DNA of 64,000 nt from NCBI GenBank assembly GCA_002245135.1, contig NGBS01000889.1, forward strand, positions 1-64,000, in the 5' to 3' direction. Shown piece by piece: positions 1-12,401 of the stretch. A program made the position numbers and the translations under genes. Under the pieces are notes generated by a model. It saw nothing but the letters and a program-made list of their open reading frames with translations. It had not been told where the DNA came from and made no database searches. Source of the stretch: Proteromonas lacertae. Lineage: Eukaryota. Every line of letters begins with the position of its first letter. Position 1 is the stretch's first letter.

Positions 1-1571
1 TTTAAATAACATATACTTCCATCCTCTTTATGAATTTCTCTCCAATTTTTAACACCCATTCTTCAATTCTTTCACTTTCTTTCACTTTCTCTACAATCTT
101 TTTCCTTTCTATTTCAGCTAAGGCAGTTTTCTGTGCTTGTTCTAATAAGAATTTATTCTCTTTTCTCTCTCTTTATTTGTTCTCTTTTTCAACTGTTCGT
201 TTAATTCAGCTTCCCATTTTATTCTTTCAGCTTCAGCTTTTCTGCTTCTCATATACTTTTGCTTTTGTTCTTCATCTTTTTTTGCCTTTCTTAATATTCT
301 CGCTTCTCTTCTACATATTCCTCTGTAACATTTCTGAATCTTTCAAAGCAGATGATATTCTTAATTCTTTACCTCTTTTTCATGTTTTAATTTCTATTGG
401 CATAAAATAAATTTTATAAAATATACTAATTTCTTAAAGTTCTTCTTTGCTACATGTCTTCTCCAAATTGATTGGAATTTTACAGCTGCATTTATTCTAA
501 TCCATATAATCATCTTCAGTTTTCATCTTAATTCCAAAAGTATATATCTGGCGAATATCAGCTCTATGTAGTGTATGAACATCTGTTTTAGGAAATTGAA
601 ATATCTTAAGTGGGCAATTCTTACTTCTAAATGTTTTGCCATTCCAATTTGTCTCTTATAATGATCAAGAACCATTTTCATACCTTTCAAACCTCTTAAA
701 TCCATTTTAGCATAGTACTTTCTATAAAATCTTTGTATTAACTTTGCAGATTTTGTTCTTTCAAGTTGTCCAGTTTTCATTAGTTGAGTAATATGTCTAT
801 CTCTTACCATTCTGAAGAAACTTTCTATTTTTACTGCTGATTTATAAGCTCGAACCCTCTCATCTTCTCTCTTTCTTGACTTTCGAATCTTGCATTCTTT
901 ATTGCATGTCTAGCTTCATGACATCTCCAACAACATTGTATTATTATTGCTTTTTAGATTGATATCTTATTACAACTATCTTTTCATTATATTTTCTTCT
1001 TCACATACATTCTAATCATTGATTGTATCTTTATTGCTGCTCTATCAGGTTTTAGACATCTATTCATTTGTATAAAATCATATAAATATTTTATACATTT
1101 TTAAGTCGCTTTTGTCTTTCCAATCTTTGTCTTTCTAATTCAGCTAATCTCTTCTTTTCTGCATCCATATTGTCTAATACTTCTCTCCTCTTTTGGAATC
1201 TCTTTCTTAAATGAATCTTATCAACAAAATGTCTACAGAATGTTTGAATTATCTCATAGCATTGTTTTAACTTCTTTGAATACATTTTAGCCAACTTCCT
1301 ATTATTTAATATATTAATAAATTCAAAATATACATTCTAATAACTGATTGAATCTTTGTTGATAGTTTATTCTTCAGATTCATCAATTTTATTGCTTTAA
1401 CTCTTCTTTTAGCTAAGAATCCTCTGGCTATTGTATTGATTATTGTTGCTTTTTCATTCTGTATTCGAACTATTCTTTGTCTTTCCTTTTCATTTATCTG
1501 TTGTCTTACAGTTACACGATCTTTCAACTCTCTTCTCAACAGATAATTATGATAGTGTCTTTGAATCTATT

Positions 1572-1603
<32 letters not shown>

Positions 1604-3128
1604 GCAACAGCAGCTTTATTCTTATATAATTTCTTATTCAATAGTTTTCTGTATATTTTTCTTCCTTTATGACCTCTATATACTCTCTGTATTATTTCAC
1701 ATGCTTCTAATCTCTTCTGTTTTCTTTCTGCTATTCTTCTTAATCTTTCTTTATATTTCTTTTGTCTTATATATCCTCTCCAGATCGATTGAATTCTTAT
1801 AGCACATTTTCTCTGTAAGATTCGTTTTTCTTCAGCAATCTTCTTCTTCTCCAACATCCATTCTTTATGTGTTTTAGCTATTCTTCTTCCTAATACTCCA
1901 CGATATAATCTTTGAATCATTGTAGCATTCTTATCTAAAATTGATCTAAATACTTTCCTACTATTCACTCGACAAGCAACAAATTCAAATAACAATGCTT
2001 TGGTTATATTCTTTCTTTTATCTCTTTTTGCTACATTATTATCAATCTTTAAGAAATTTACATATTTCACTGCTAAATGTTTTCTAACCATACATTGAAT
2101 CTTTATAGCTGCATTTCGTCTTATCCATTTCTTCTTTCTTATATTCTGTTTTACAAATCTATCAAAACCAGCATATAATCTACATTTTAATGCAATATCT
2201 TCTAAGTTATATAATGCAAATGTAATTAATCTTTTCTTCTTTTCAGCTGCATAATACATCTCTTCATGCAGTTTTATATCACTTACAACCTTTTTCCACT
2301 GATTCATCGATTTTTGGAATAATCTGTAATATACTCTTATCCATACATTAAATATTGCTGCTGCTGCTCTATATTGTGTAACATTGTTATTCTTATGATC
2401 TTCAAGGAATGATAAAGGCAAAAAATCAAATGACTGTTTACACATAGCATCTATTCTTTTTGATAATGCTCTTTCTTCATTATATACTCTATTTATTCGA
2501 TCTACATCAGTTTTAATTTTTTTAACTTTCTTTGTTGAATTTATGTCTGGTAATTTGGTCAAACTACTTATACTCTTTGATTTCATCTTCTTTTTACTCT
2601 TACATTTAGTTTCACTTGATACTGTTGCGTATGATACAGTCTTAGCTTTTTGATTTGGTGGTGAATTTGATCTGGTTAAATCTTGACTTGTTATTAGTAA
2701 ATCTCTTACATTTAATGATTTATAAGTTGAAACACGTGTTGATTGTTTCTTTTTCTAGTATAGCAATAGAAATATATGTTATTACTTTCTTTCTTTTCTG
2801 TTCTAATTCAAATTCTTGAGCTGTTTTTATTTTTTCATCTGTACTATTCCATGGTGATGTATTCCAACTGTCTTTTGTGTGAGCTATTCAATAAATGAAA
2901 CTGAAATACGAAATTTCATGTGAAATATGGAATAAGTATCAAGAGGTTCTTCTGGAGTAGTTCCAGAATCATCTATATCTGACACATATATCTTTTCTTG
3001 TCTCAACGGGGATGATGTTCTGGTGCTTGGTGAAACAGTTTCTAAATATTATATTCACAAATCTTACCTGATGGCTGATTTGAATAACGATTAGATTTCC
3101 TATAGATAATAACTAATGACAAATACAT
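1..3128 (-). CDS. Large basic multi-IQ-motif protein (ASPM-like or ciliary IQ type), runs off the window start; 3' part appears frameshifted
   Basis: Repeated IQ motifs (AAIKIQCMVRKHLA, ATMIQRLYRGVLGR, AIRIQSIWRGYIRQ, EIIQRVYRGHKGR) across ORFs 1567-2586, 1306-1539, 1091-1294 and 523-810, joined by short GT-AG introns. Between about 850 and 1060 successive IQ motifs lie in different frames with no intron to explain it. Confidence 0.7.
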
Positions 3129-3331
3129 ATTGAATTAACGGCAAATACGTTTAGAATTCAGTAAATATAAGACTTATTATTATATAATGTTCTATTATTC
3201 TTGACAAATTATAATTTTATAAACCTCAAAAAAAAGAATTTAATATTCAAAACGTATATTCAAGATCTGATCTTATTGCATTTATTATAAAAATATTCTC
3301 ATTTACATTAAATACTGTACATCATGTAGAT

Positions 3332-3736
3332 CTAGACAAATTTATCAGGTAATAGATTGTAACGGTCTATTCTATCTAACTCCATTCTAGTTCTACTATG
3401 CAGATAAGTTGGTCTATCCCATGTGGCAAAAACATCTTCTGGTGATACATTCTCATCAATTCCATCAATACCAAACTCTTCTTTGATGAAACCTGGATTA
3501 GCAATTCTTGAAGAACTCTCGTTGACGTATATGAATGAGAAATAATCTTTAAGAGCTGCCCTGTACTCCTTGATGTTCTGATAATAATAAATAAACAATA
3601 TACAGCATCTGGTGATCGTAGTTCAGGCAATACTAAATCTGAATAGTCATCTTCGTCCTTATATCTACAATAAATCACACTAGTGTAAATACTTCTTTGG
3701 AGAATCAGTTTTCTTTGGCTTATCGTCGTTTTCCAT
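3332..3736 (-). CDS. Small acidic hypothetical protein (MENDDKPKKTDSPKK...LLPDKFV), 2 introns, duplicate copy A
   Basis: Mirror of 10062-10466. Splicing two short GT-AG introns joins the overlapping 151-aa and 88-aa track ORFs. Confidence 0.65.
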
Positions 3737-3925
3737 GATTGCGGCGCGAATAGAAGTGAAAAATGATTAGAATGAATGAGGATTTGATTATCCAATAAAA
3801 TATTTGGCGGGAAAATCTTAATCTTCATCATCTCAAATAGTTTTTAAGGGGGTAAACCCATAAATTCCTCTACAATATTGATATAAAAACATAATAGTAA
3901 AACAATATAGAGTTATTACAGCTAA

Positions 3926-4606
3926 TTAAAAGGTTGATTTATCAAAATTTTCTATTATGTTAAGCTTCCATGTTGCAATTGCCATATCTCTTGCAATTCT
4001 CTTGTTGGCTTTAAGAATTTTCTCTAGTCTCTCCATCTCATAAATTACGTAGTCATCTCCTTTTTCTATGATTTTCTTTGCACATCTTATGTAATACTTT
4101 GCATATTCCAATCTAGAAAATATTTTAAAATAAACAAAAATATACTTCTGACTGTCTTTTAAACCATTTGCATATTTTTCCATCTTGGCAAGTGCTTTAC
4201 TCTTGTTCTCATAGAATAATCTTGCAAGATCATTCATCTCTATACGGATATAGATTTATATTTATAAATACCAGAAATACTTCCTTCAATTTGATCATCT
4301 GCGATTGTAGTAAACCAATGCATCATTACATCATATGTATATTCACCACCATAAGGTTGTCCTTCTCTACTACCTCTATGAATCATCACTACTTTGATTT
4401 GTTCATCATCAATTTCATATTTCTCAATTAAATTCTCTGGTAATTCCACTCCTTCAGGTACACTGTCCATATCTGGATATTCGCCCAGTCCTGATGCTTC
4501 ATGCATCTTTATTTTGTACATTCTTATCTAAAAAATACAAAAATCAAATTCATACTCTTTTATGAAGCATTGGCTCTTCCATTACTGTTTCAGCTAATTC
4601 TTTCCA
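3926..4606 (-). pseudogene. 5'-truncated copy of a thioredoxin-fold/ERp29-C (PDI ERp38-like) gene
   Basis: C-terminal EYAKYYIRCAKKIIEKGDDYVIYEMERLEKIL resembles the ERp29 C-terminal domain. The upstream intron acceptor present in the other copy is replaced here by IFT80 sequence at 4607. Confidence 0.7.
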
Positions 4607-5718
4607 GGTATAATTAAACTACAACTGTATCTCAAATCAAATGAATGAGGAGAAGTCCAATTACCACATTCATATATAAAACATTGAGTTGATGTTGCTA
4701 CAACTAAATGATCATAACTCATTGCCATTTCCACTATTCTATCACGATATTCCAATTCTTCTTTACTACCATTATTACTATCAATTATTTGAATTGTTCT
4801 ACTATTTGTTTCTTCTACTGTTAAGGATTTCCATTGTAATTTTCTTCCAATTGCATATGCTACAAGCATTGAACCTGTACCACAAGCACAACCTAATACA
4901 GTACCATCTGTACTCCAGCACATATCAAAGGGAGATCCATCTTCTATTGCTTGTCTTGCACTACAGAATCCATTATGTTCACATAATCTCAATGAACCAA
5001 AACAACCAACTACAAATTGATCACCTGATGGTTTCCAAGATACTGATGTGATTACATTGTCTACTAAAGAACTTTGATATAATAATCGACCATATGGATC
5101 CCATATCTTATATCTACAATCTTCACCACCTGAGATTATTAGATTATTTACTGAATTCCAGTCAACTTTCATTATTACACCATCATGAGCTTTCCAACGT
5201 AATTGTCTAGCTGCATTTTGTAAACCTTTGATTAATAAATCTTTTCCTGAAGCAATAACCATTTGATCTCCATCTCCACCCCAAGAGAAGGAATATACTG
5301 AATTGGGTAATTGTGCTATTACTGCTCTTGCCATACCTGTTTTTGACCATGCTTTTACTTGACCATCTTCACCACAAGACACAATTGCTCCTCCATCCAT
5401 ACTCCACTTTACATTAATAACAGCTCCACGATGTGCATCTACTTTCTTTTCCTCTCTACCACTTTTGTTTACTATTCTGTAAGTACCATCAGTACAACCG
5501 ACTAAAAATATGTCTGAAGAGCTAGCTCCATGTGTTGGATACCAATCAATTGATGTGATACAACTATCTAAACTACAAACTGATCCTAAATTTTGACCAT
5601 CAATATCCCAACGATATATTGTTTGATCATCAGAACCTGTGTAATATTCATTTGATGGGCTGAAACAGATTGCTGTTGCCATATCTGTATGGCATCTCTT
5701 ACCTTTTCTAACATTCAT
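4594..5718 (-). pseudogene. IFT80: Intraflagellar transport protein 80, N-terminal WD40 half only (3'-truncated)
   Basis: Diagnostic segments GEDGQVKAWSKTGM, WKAHDGVIMKVDWNSVNNLIISGGEDCRYKIWDPYGR and LEYRDRIVEMAMSYDHLVVATSTQC match IFT80. The ORF ends at 374 aa, a few codons after crossing the duplication junction at 4606; full IFT80 is about twice as long. Confidence 0.88.
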
Positions 5719-5984
5719 TATTACTTTTAAAAAATCAAAATAGATTAGGCTTAAACAAATAAGAATGAATATAAAAATAAGCCTCGAGCGTTTTTTGAAT
5801 TTTGAATTTTAAAGCTGTTTTTCTCTTCTTGGAAACCACATTGATCCGTGTTTTATATTTTTATGGACAATATAAGATGAAACAGAGGTATAATTGAGTA
5901 AAAATTAGTAGAATAAGAAGAAATGTGAGATAGTACAACTACTACCCAAAAAATGTTATTAAGCGATAGAAGCAGTTATTATAA

Positions 5985-7351
5985 TTAAATTTCACTAAAA
6001 ATGTTGATGTTATGGTTTGGATGTGACATTTTCATTCCTTGTACTAACTCCAACTTGTTTATTATTCCATTATTACGATTAATCCATAATTTATCAAGTA
6101 ATGGACAACTACATAAAGAAGTTTTCATGAATGCTGACACATTATCTGTAATTTTGTTTTCTTGAAGATTTAGAGTTAATAGATTGGGTATACAGTAACA
6201 ATTCTCACAAAATATTTCAACGTCATCGTCTTCTAAATCACATTCTAGAAAAATATAGGTTATATGTAGTATAATACTTCTCAAATCAAGATACATAAGA
6301 TTTGAAATGTTTGAAAGACTGGCGCTTAAATATTTAATACCTCCAGATAAGTTATTATTGCTTAATCCTAACATTTTCAATTCGAATTGATTCTTTCTTA
6401 TTTTTATTATTGGTTATTGTGACTATTACTACTTCAGGTATTTTACTCCATTTTATTTCTAATGATGAAATTTTCTCTTTTTCATTATAACAGATTCTTA
6501 ATTTTGTATTTCTGTTGATTATATTTTGTTCTAAATCATTTATACAACTCAATTCTTCGTTTGTTTCACTTTGATAATGTAATTCATAATCTGATTTTCC
6601 TATTAATGTCTCTGAAGGTATTGCTGAGATTTCTAATTCATTTAATAAGGAATAATCTTTGAAAATCTTTAATAAATCCAATAAATGGTTAATTATTGGT
6701 TTTAACAACTTTGGATCACAATTCAGATTGTCGATTATTGTTTGAAAACTTCTATAAACAATAAATTGATGTAAATATAGAAAATATACATCAAACAAAG
6801 TTGATGAACTGGGAAATTCTGTGAATCAGGAATATGAATATATCTAAAAGCATCATTTTCATCCTATTATATTATTAATACATTTAATACATTCATATTC
6901 TTAGAATAGCATTTAGCTGCACTACATCTCAACAAAAAACCTAATTCCTCTTTACTAATCGTTGATATATCATCATCCTATTATAAATTAAATAGACAAT
7001 ATTACGTATATACTTCATATAGAGTATTTCTAACTGCATTACAATAATTGTGGTAGAAATCGATTGTACTATCCAAATCAAGTTGATACGATTTTATATT
7101 CTCTATCTCTTCATAAACTTTCACAGTGGGATGACATATTATGCTCTCTATAATTGAAGTTGAATTACTGCCGTTCAATATCTATATGCAGATTACTCAT
7201 ATTAAAAATATACTTCATGTTTCAATTCCGTGGATTCTACATATTCTTTCCATCCACAACCATATTTACAGGGAGCTCCACATTTTCTACATAAATCTCC
7301 TCCACTATGCAGATATGGTAATAAATTAAGCACAAATGTGCTTTTCTCCAT
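5985..7351 (-). CDS. Protein with C-terminal RNI-like leucine-rich repeats; 5' exon structure unresolved
   Basis: LKMLGLSNNNLS, LMYLDLR, LLTLNLQENKITD and LDKLWINRN LRR consensus, with several short introns. I could not build a clean frame through about 7100-7180. Confidence 0.55.
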
Positions 7352-7540
7352 TTATTATATTCGAATCTAAAAAATAAAAGCACAATCTACGATTGTACCG
7401 ATTGTTCTGTTTACAATTTTTGGTTAATTAGAATTATAATATAAATTAAGCCTCAGATTTTTATATTGAAGGTCTAAATATTTTTTGATTGATTATTATA
7501 AGTTTGGCTTGTAAGGTTATTATTATTATTGATTTCCATC

Positions 7541-8964
7541 ATGATCGCTGTATTACTTTCATTTATTGCTATTTATTCATTTGTACCACTTATGTGTGTG
7601 GTATTTGGATATGGTGTAGAGGTTTTATACAATCAAACATCAATTCAATTTATGCTAATGTTTGAAACAAGATTCGATATTGTCAATCAAGTTAATGTCT
7701 TCTTGTTAAATACAAATGTTATCACAAAATCAGATTATATTCTATTAATGTCAATCTTTGCTGTACCCCTCTTTATTATGGTAATTCATGTTATATCATA
7801 TACAGTTATATCATCAATCTACAACAGAAGATTAAATTTCAACAAAGATAAAGTAATTGGAATTATTTTTATTGATTTATTACAATTTTATCATACTATG
7901 TTATATCAATCAGTTAAGTACATTACTAACTCTAACAATAACCATCCTACTTATATTTGTATTATATCAGGTTTAATATCAATATTATTGGTTATTCTAT
8001 TCCCAATCATGTTATTTTTATTTTTATATAAAAACAAAGAAAAAATAAAACTCATCCAGTATGTAAAAATTTCTGGCTATTCTATTTTAACATATCCTAA
8101 AGAATATAAATCTTTTATGGAGAAGTACAACATATTCTTTTCAATTTCATCAATGAAGTGTTGGTATTGGAAAGTGTATATTTCTATTTATCTTATATAT
8201 ATAATATGAATAGATTAGAAATTACAGCGTTTAACTGTTTTATAATAATCAATCAATTCATTAATGATATAAACATTAAATATGGTTTATTCCTTTTATT
8301 ATTTATAATATTCATCACAATGTCAAATCTTAAACTTTCTTACTATGACATTAGAAGAAGAGAATTACTTCAAAATATATATAAATTCAATAGAAATTAT
8401 TTCTACATATTAACAGATTGCAAAACTGCTCATAAAGACATTGAAGAAACTGATAGAATCATAAAGTGGATGAAAAGACAAAGAGATTTTAAGTTTGAAT
8501 TAGATTATACAGTATATATTTATATATATATATATTCTTTCATAGATATTATTTAATATTCTTATATGCTTGATATCTGCTTTAATATATTCAACATCAT
8601 TAAATCATCTCTTATATTACCAATATAATAAGTATTTCAAAATAATTGTATATTTCTACTTGTTGTTACATTCTAAATAGTCAATGGTGTTTATAACATC
8701 AATTATTATTCTTTTAATGATTTATATACTAATTCAAATATTTGGATTCTATAAAAAGTATAGAGAAAAGATGAATGAAAAAGAGACATTGATTCAATTT
8801 ATGAAGACAGTCAATCCATATACAATAAGTATGGAAGATGAATATGAGGTATATAATTAAACTTAATTATTAATTCTTAATAGAGAGTCGTAATTAAACT
8901 AAGAGTTATTAAGGCCCAAAATGAAGAAAGTAAAAGAAGAAAAAGAGATGTTGAAATTGTTTAA
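7541..8964 (+). CDS. Multi-pass membrane protein of unknown function, multi-exon
   Basis: Several long hydrophobic segments in ORFs 7529-8209 and 8158-8556 and later exons; GT-AG introns near 8176, 8512, 8650 and 8849; stop TAA at 8962-8964. Confidence 0.55.
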
Positions 8965-9079
8965 TCCTACACTTATAACCACTACTTCTTATAAATATTT
9001 ATTTGGGAGCTAATATTCATAATAATACAAAAATATATTTTATATTTAAAAAAAAGAATTAAGTAAATTATTACTTTCA

Positions 9080-9872
9080 AAGTTAAATCATACAACCCTC
9101 AATTACTTTGTTAATGGAGTTCATTTTGCTGCTGTTATTGTCAAACTTTTGCAGTTATGTATATTAATTATATTTTTAAATTGTATTTAGTTGGAAAGAA
9201 TTAGCTGAAACAGTAATGGAAGAGCCAATGCTTCATAAAAGAGTATGAATTTGATTTTTGTATTTTTTAGATAAGAATGTACAAAATAAAGATGCATGAA
9301 GCATCAGGACTGGGCGAATATCCAGATATGGACAGTGTACCTGAAGGAGTGGAATTACCAGAGAATTTAATTGAGAAATATGAAATTGATGATGAACAAA
9401 TCAAAGTAGTGATGATTCATAGAGGTAGTAGAGAAGGACAACCTTATGGTGGTGAATATACATATGATGTAATGATGCATTGGTTTACTACAATCGCAGA
9501 TGATCAAATTGAAGGAAGTATTTCTGGTATTTATAAATATAAATCTATATCCGTATAGAGATGAATGATCTTGCAAGATTATTCTATGAGAACAAGAGTA
9601 AAGCACTTGCCAAGATGGAAAAATATGCAAATGGTTTAAAAGACAGTCAGAAGTATATTTTTGTTTATTTTAAAATATTTTCTAGATTGGAATATGCAAA
9701 GTATTACATAAGATGTGCAAAGAAAATCATAGAAAAAGGAGATGACTACGTAATTTATGAGATGGAGAGACTAGAGAAAATTCTTAAAGCCAACAAGAGA
9801 ATTGCAAGAGATATGGCAATTGCAACATGGAAGCTTAACATAATAGAAAATTTTGATAAATCAACCTTTTAA
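9080..9872 (+). CDS. Thioredoxin-fold plus ERp29-C protein (PDI ERp38/ERp29-like), more complete copy; start codon not resolved
   Basis: Splicing the intron ending at 9190 gives CCYCQTFAVIWKELAETV (CxxC thioredoxin-like context), continuing into ORFs 9277-9558 and 9561-9872 with the ERp29-C-like tail. Confidence 0.6.
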
Positions 9873-9982
9873 TTAGCTGTAATAACTCTATATTGTTTTA
9901 CTATTATGTTTTTATATCAATATTGTAGAGGAATTTATGGGTTTACCCCCTTAAAAACTATTTGAGATGATGAAGATTAAGA

Positions 9983-9995
9983 TTTTCCCGCCAAA
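9983..9995 (+). promoter_or_regulatory. Candidate E2F-type site TTTTCCCGCCAAA (mirror at 3803-3815)
   Basis: Matches the TTTSSCGC consensus, with a second TTCGCGCC at 10048-10055. Both lie within about 80 nt upstream of the ATG at 10062 in otherwise AT-rich DNA. Confidence 0.4.
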
Positions 9996-10061
9996 TATTT
10001 TATTGGATAATCAAATCCTCATTCATTCTAATCATTTTTCACTTCTATTCGCGCCGCAATC

Positions 10062-10466
10062 ATGGAAAACGACGATAAGCCAAAGAAAACTGATTCTCCA
10101 AAGAAGTATTTACACTAGTGTGATTTATTGTAGATATAAGGACGAAGATGACTATTCAGATTTAGTATTGCCTGAACTACGATCACCAGATGCTGTATAT
10201 TGTTTATTTATTATTATCAGAACATCAAGGAGTACAGGGCAGCTCTTAAAGATTATTTCTCATTCATATACGTCAACGAGAGTTCTTCAAGAATTGCTAA
10301 TCCAGGTTTCATCAAAGAAGAGTTTGGTATTGATGGAATTGATGAGAATGTATCACCAGAAGATGTTTTTGCCACATGGGATAGACCAACTTATCTGCAT
10401 AGTAGAACTAGAATGGAGTTAGATAGAATAGACCGTTACAATCTATTACCTGATAAATTTGTCTAG
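10062..10466 (+). CDS. Small acidic hypothetical protein, duplicate copy B
   Basis: ATG at 10062, two short GT-AG introns, TAG at 10466; same sequence as 3332-3736. Confidence 0.65.
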
Positions 10467-10669
10467 ATCTACATGATGTACAGTATTTAATGTAAATGAG
10501 AATATTTTTATAATAAATGCAATAAGATCAGATCTTGAATATACGTTTTGAATATTAAATTCTTTTTTTTGAGGTTTATAAAATTATAATTTGTCAAGAA
10601 TAATAGAACATTATATAATAATAAGTCTTATATTTACTGAATTCTAAACGTATTTGCCGTTAATTCAAT

Positions 10670-12196
10670 ATGTATTTGTCATTAGTTATTATCTATAGGA
10701 AATCTAATCGTTATTCAAATCAGCCATCAGGTAAGATTTGTGAATATAATATTTAGAAACTGTTTCACCAAGCACCAGAACATCATCCCCGTTGAGACAA
10801 GAAAAGATATATGTGTCAGATATAGATGATTCTGGAACTACTCCAGAAGAACCTCTTGATACTTATTCCATATTTCACATGAAATTTCGTATTTCAGTTT
10901 CATTTATTGAATAGCTCACACAAAAGACAGTTGGAATACATCACCATGGAATAGTACAGATGAAAAAATAAAAACAGCTCAAGAATTTGAATTAGAACAG
11001 AAAAGAAAGAAAGTAATAACATATATTTCTATTGCTATACTAGAAAAAGAAACAATCAACACGTGTTTCAACTTATAAATCATTAAATGTAAGAGATTTA
11101 CTAATAACAAGTCAAGATTTAACCAGATCAAATTCACCACCAAATCAAAAAGCTAAGACTGTATCATACGCAACAGTATCAAGTGAAACTAAATGTAAGA
11201 GTAAAAAGAAGATGAAATCAAAGAGTATAAGTAGTTTGACCAAATTACCAGACATAAATTCAACAAAGAAAGTTAAAAAAATTAAAACTGATGTAGATCG
11301 AATAAATAGAGTATATAATGAAGAAAGAGCATTATCAAAAAGAATAGATGCTATGTGTAAACAGTCATTTGATTTTTTGCCTTTATCATTCCTTGAAGAT
11401 CATAAGAATAACAATGTTACACAATATAGAGCAGCAGCAGCAATATTTAATGTATGGATAAGAGTATATTACAGATTATTCCAAAAATCGATGAATCAGT
11501 GGAAAAAGGTTGTAAGTGATATAAAACTGCATGAAGAGATGTATTATGCAGCTGAAAAGAAGAAAAGATTAATTACATTTGCATTATATAACTTAGAAGA
11601 TATTGCATTAAAATGTAGATTATATGCTGGTTTTGATAGATTTGTAAAACAGAATATAAGAAAGAAGAAATGGATAAGACGAAATGCAGCTATAAAGATT
11701 CAATGTATGGTTAGAAAACATTTAGCAGTGAAATATGTAAATTTCTTAAAGATTGATAATAATGTAGCAAAAAGAGATAAAAGAAAGAATATAACCAAAG
11801 CATTGTTATTTGAATTTGTTGCTTGTCGAGTGAATAGTAGGAAAGTATTTAGATCAATTTTAGATAAGAATGCTACAATGATTCAAAGATTATATCGTGG
11901 AGTATTAGGAAGAAGAATAGCTAAAACACATAAAGAATGGATGTTGGAGAAGAAGAAGATTGCTGAAGAAAAACGAATCTTACAGAGAAAATGTGCTATA
12001 AGAATTCAATCGATCTGGAGAGGATATATAAGACAAAAGAAATATAAAGAAAGATTAAGAAGAATAGCAGAAAGAAAACAGAAGAGATTAGAAGCATGTG
12101 AAATAATACAGAGAGTATATAGAGGTCATAAAGGAAGAAAAATATAAAGAAAACTATTGAATAAGAAATTATATAAGAATAAAGCTGCTGTTACTG

Positions 12197-12229
<33 letters not shown>

Positions 12230-12320
12230 TCAAAGACACTATCATAATTATCTGTTGAGAAGAGAGTTGAAAGATCGTGTAACTGTAAGACAACAGATAA
12301 ATGAAAAGGAAAGACAAAGA
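10670..12320 (+). pseudogene. 3'-truncated duplicate of the IQ-motif gene with a premature stop
   Basis: Same translation as the minus copy until TAA at 12145-12147 (TAC in the partner). Homology ends abruptly at 12320. Confidence 0.85.
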
Positions 12321-12401
12321 TTCAGTTACTTATTGAAGTGTATATTTTAATTGATATATTATTAAACAGAAGTAAAAGAAACATAATTATAATAATGTTA
12401 T

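Larger units (their letters stand above)
1474..4606 (-). repeat. Left arm of a ~3.13-kb inverted segmental duplication (partner 9192-12320)
   Basis: Reverse complement matches 9192-12320. Mirrored ORF coordinates sum to 13798 (4521+9277, 2586+11212) and give identical translations. Confidence 0.97.
9192..12320 (+). repeat. Right arm of the inverted duplication (partner 1474-4606)
   Basis: Near-identical to the reverse complement of 1474-4606. The differences I found cluster at the distal end: TAC>TAA at 12147, GCT>ACT near 12193, and a TA-microsatellite intron 4 nt shorter. Confidence 0.97.

Noticed and set aside
1474..12320. Inverted arms as terminal inverted repeats of a Polinton/Maverick or other DNA transposon
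   Set aside because: Arms consist of ordinary intron-containing genes, no target-site duplication was seen, and the interior has no transposase, integrase, polymerase or capsid.
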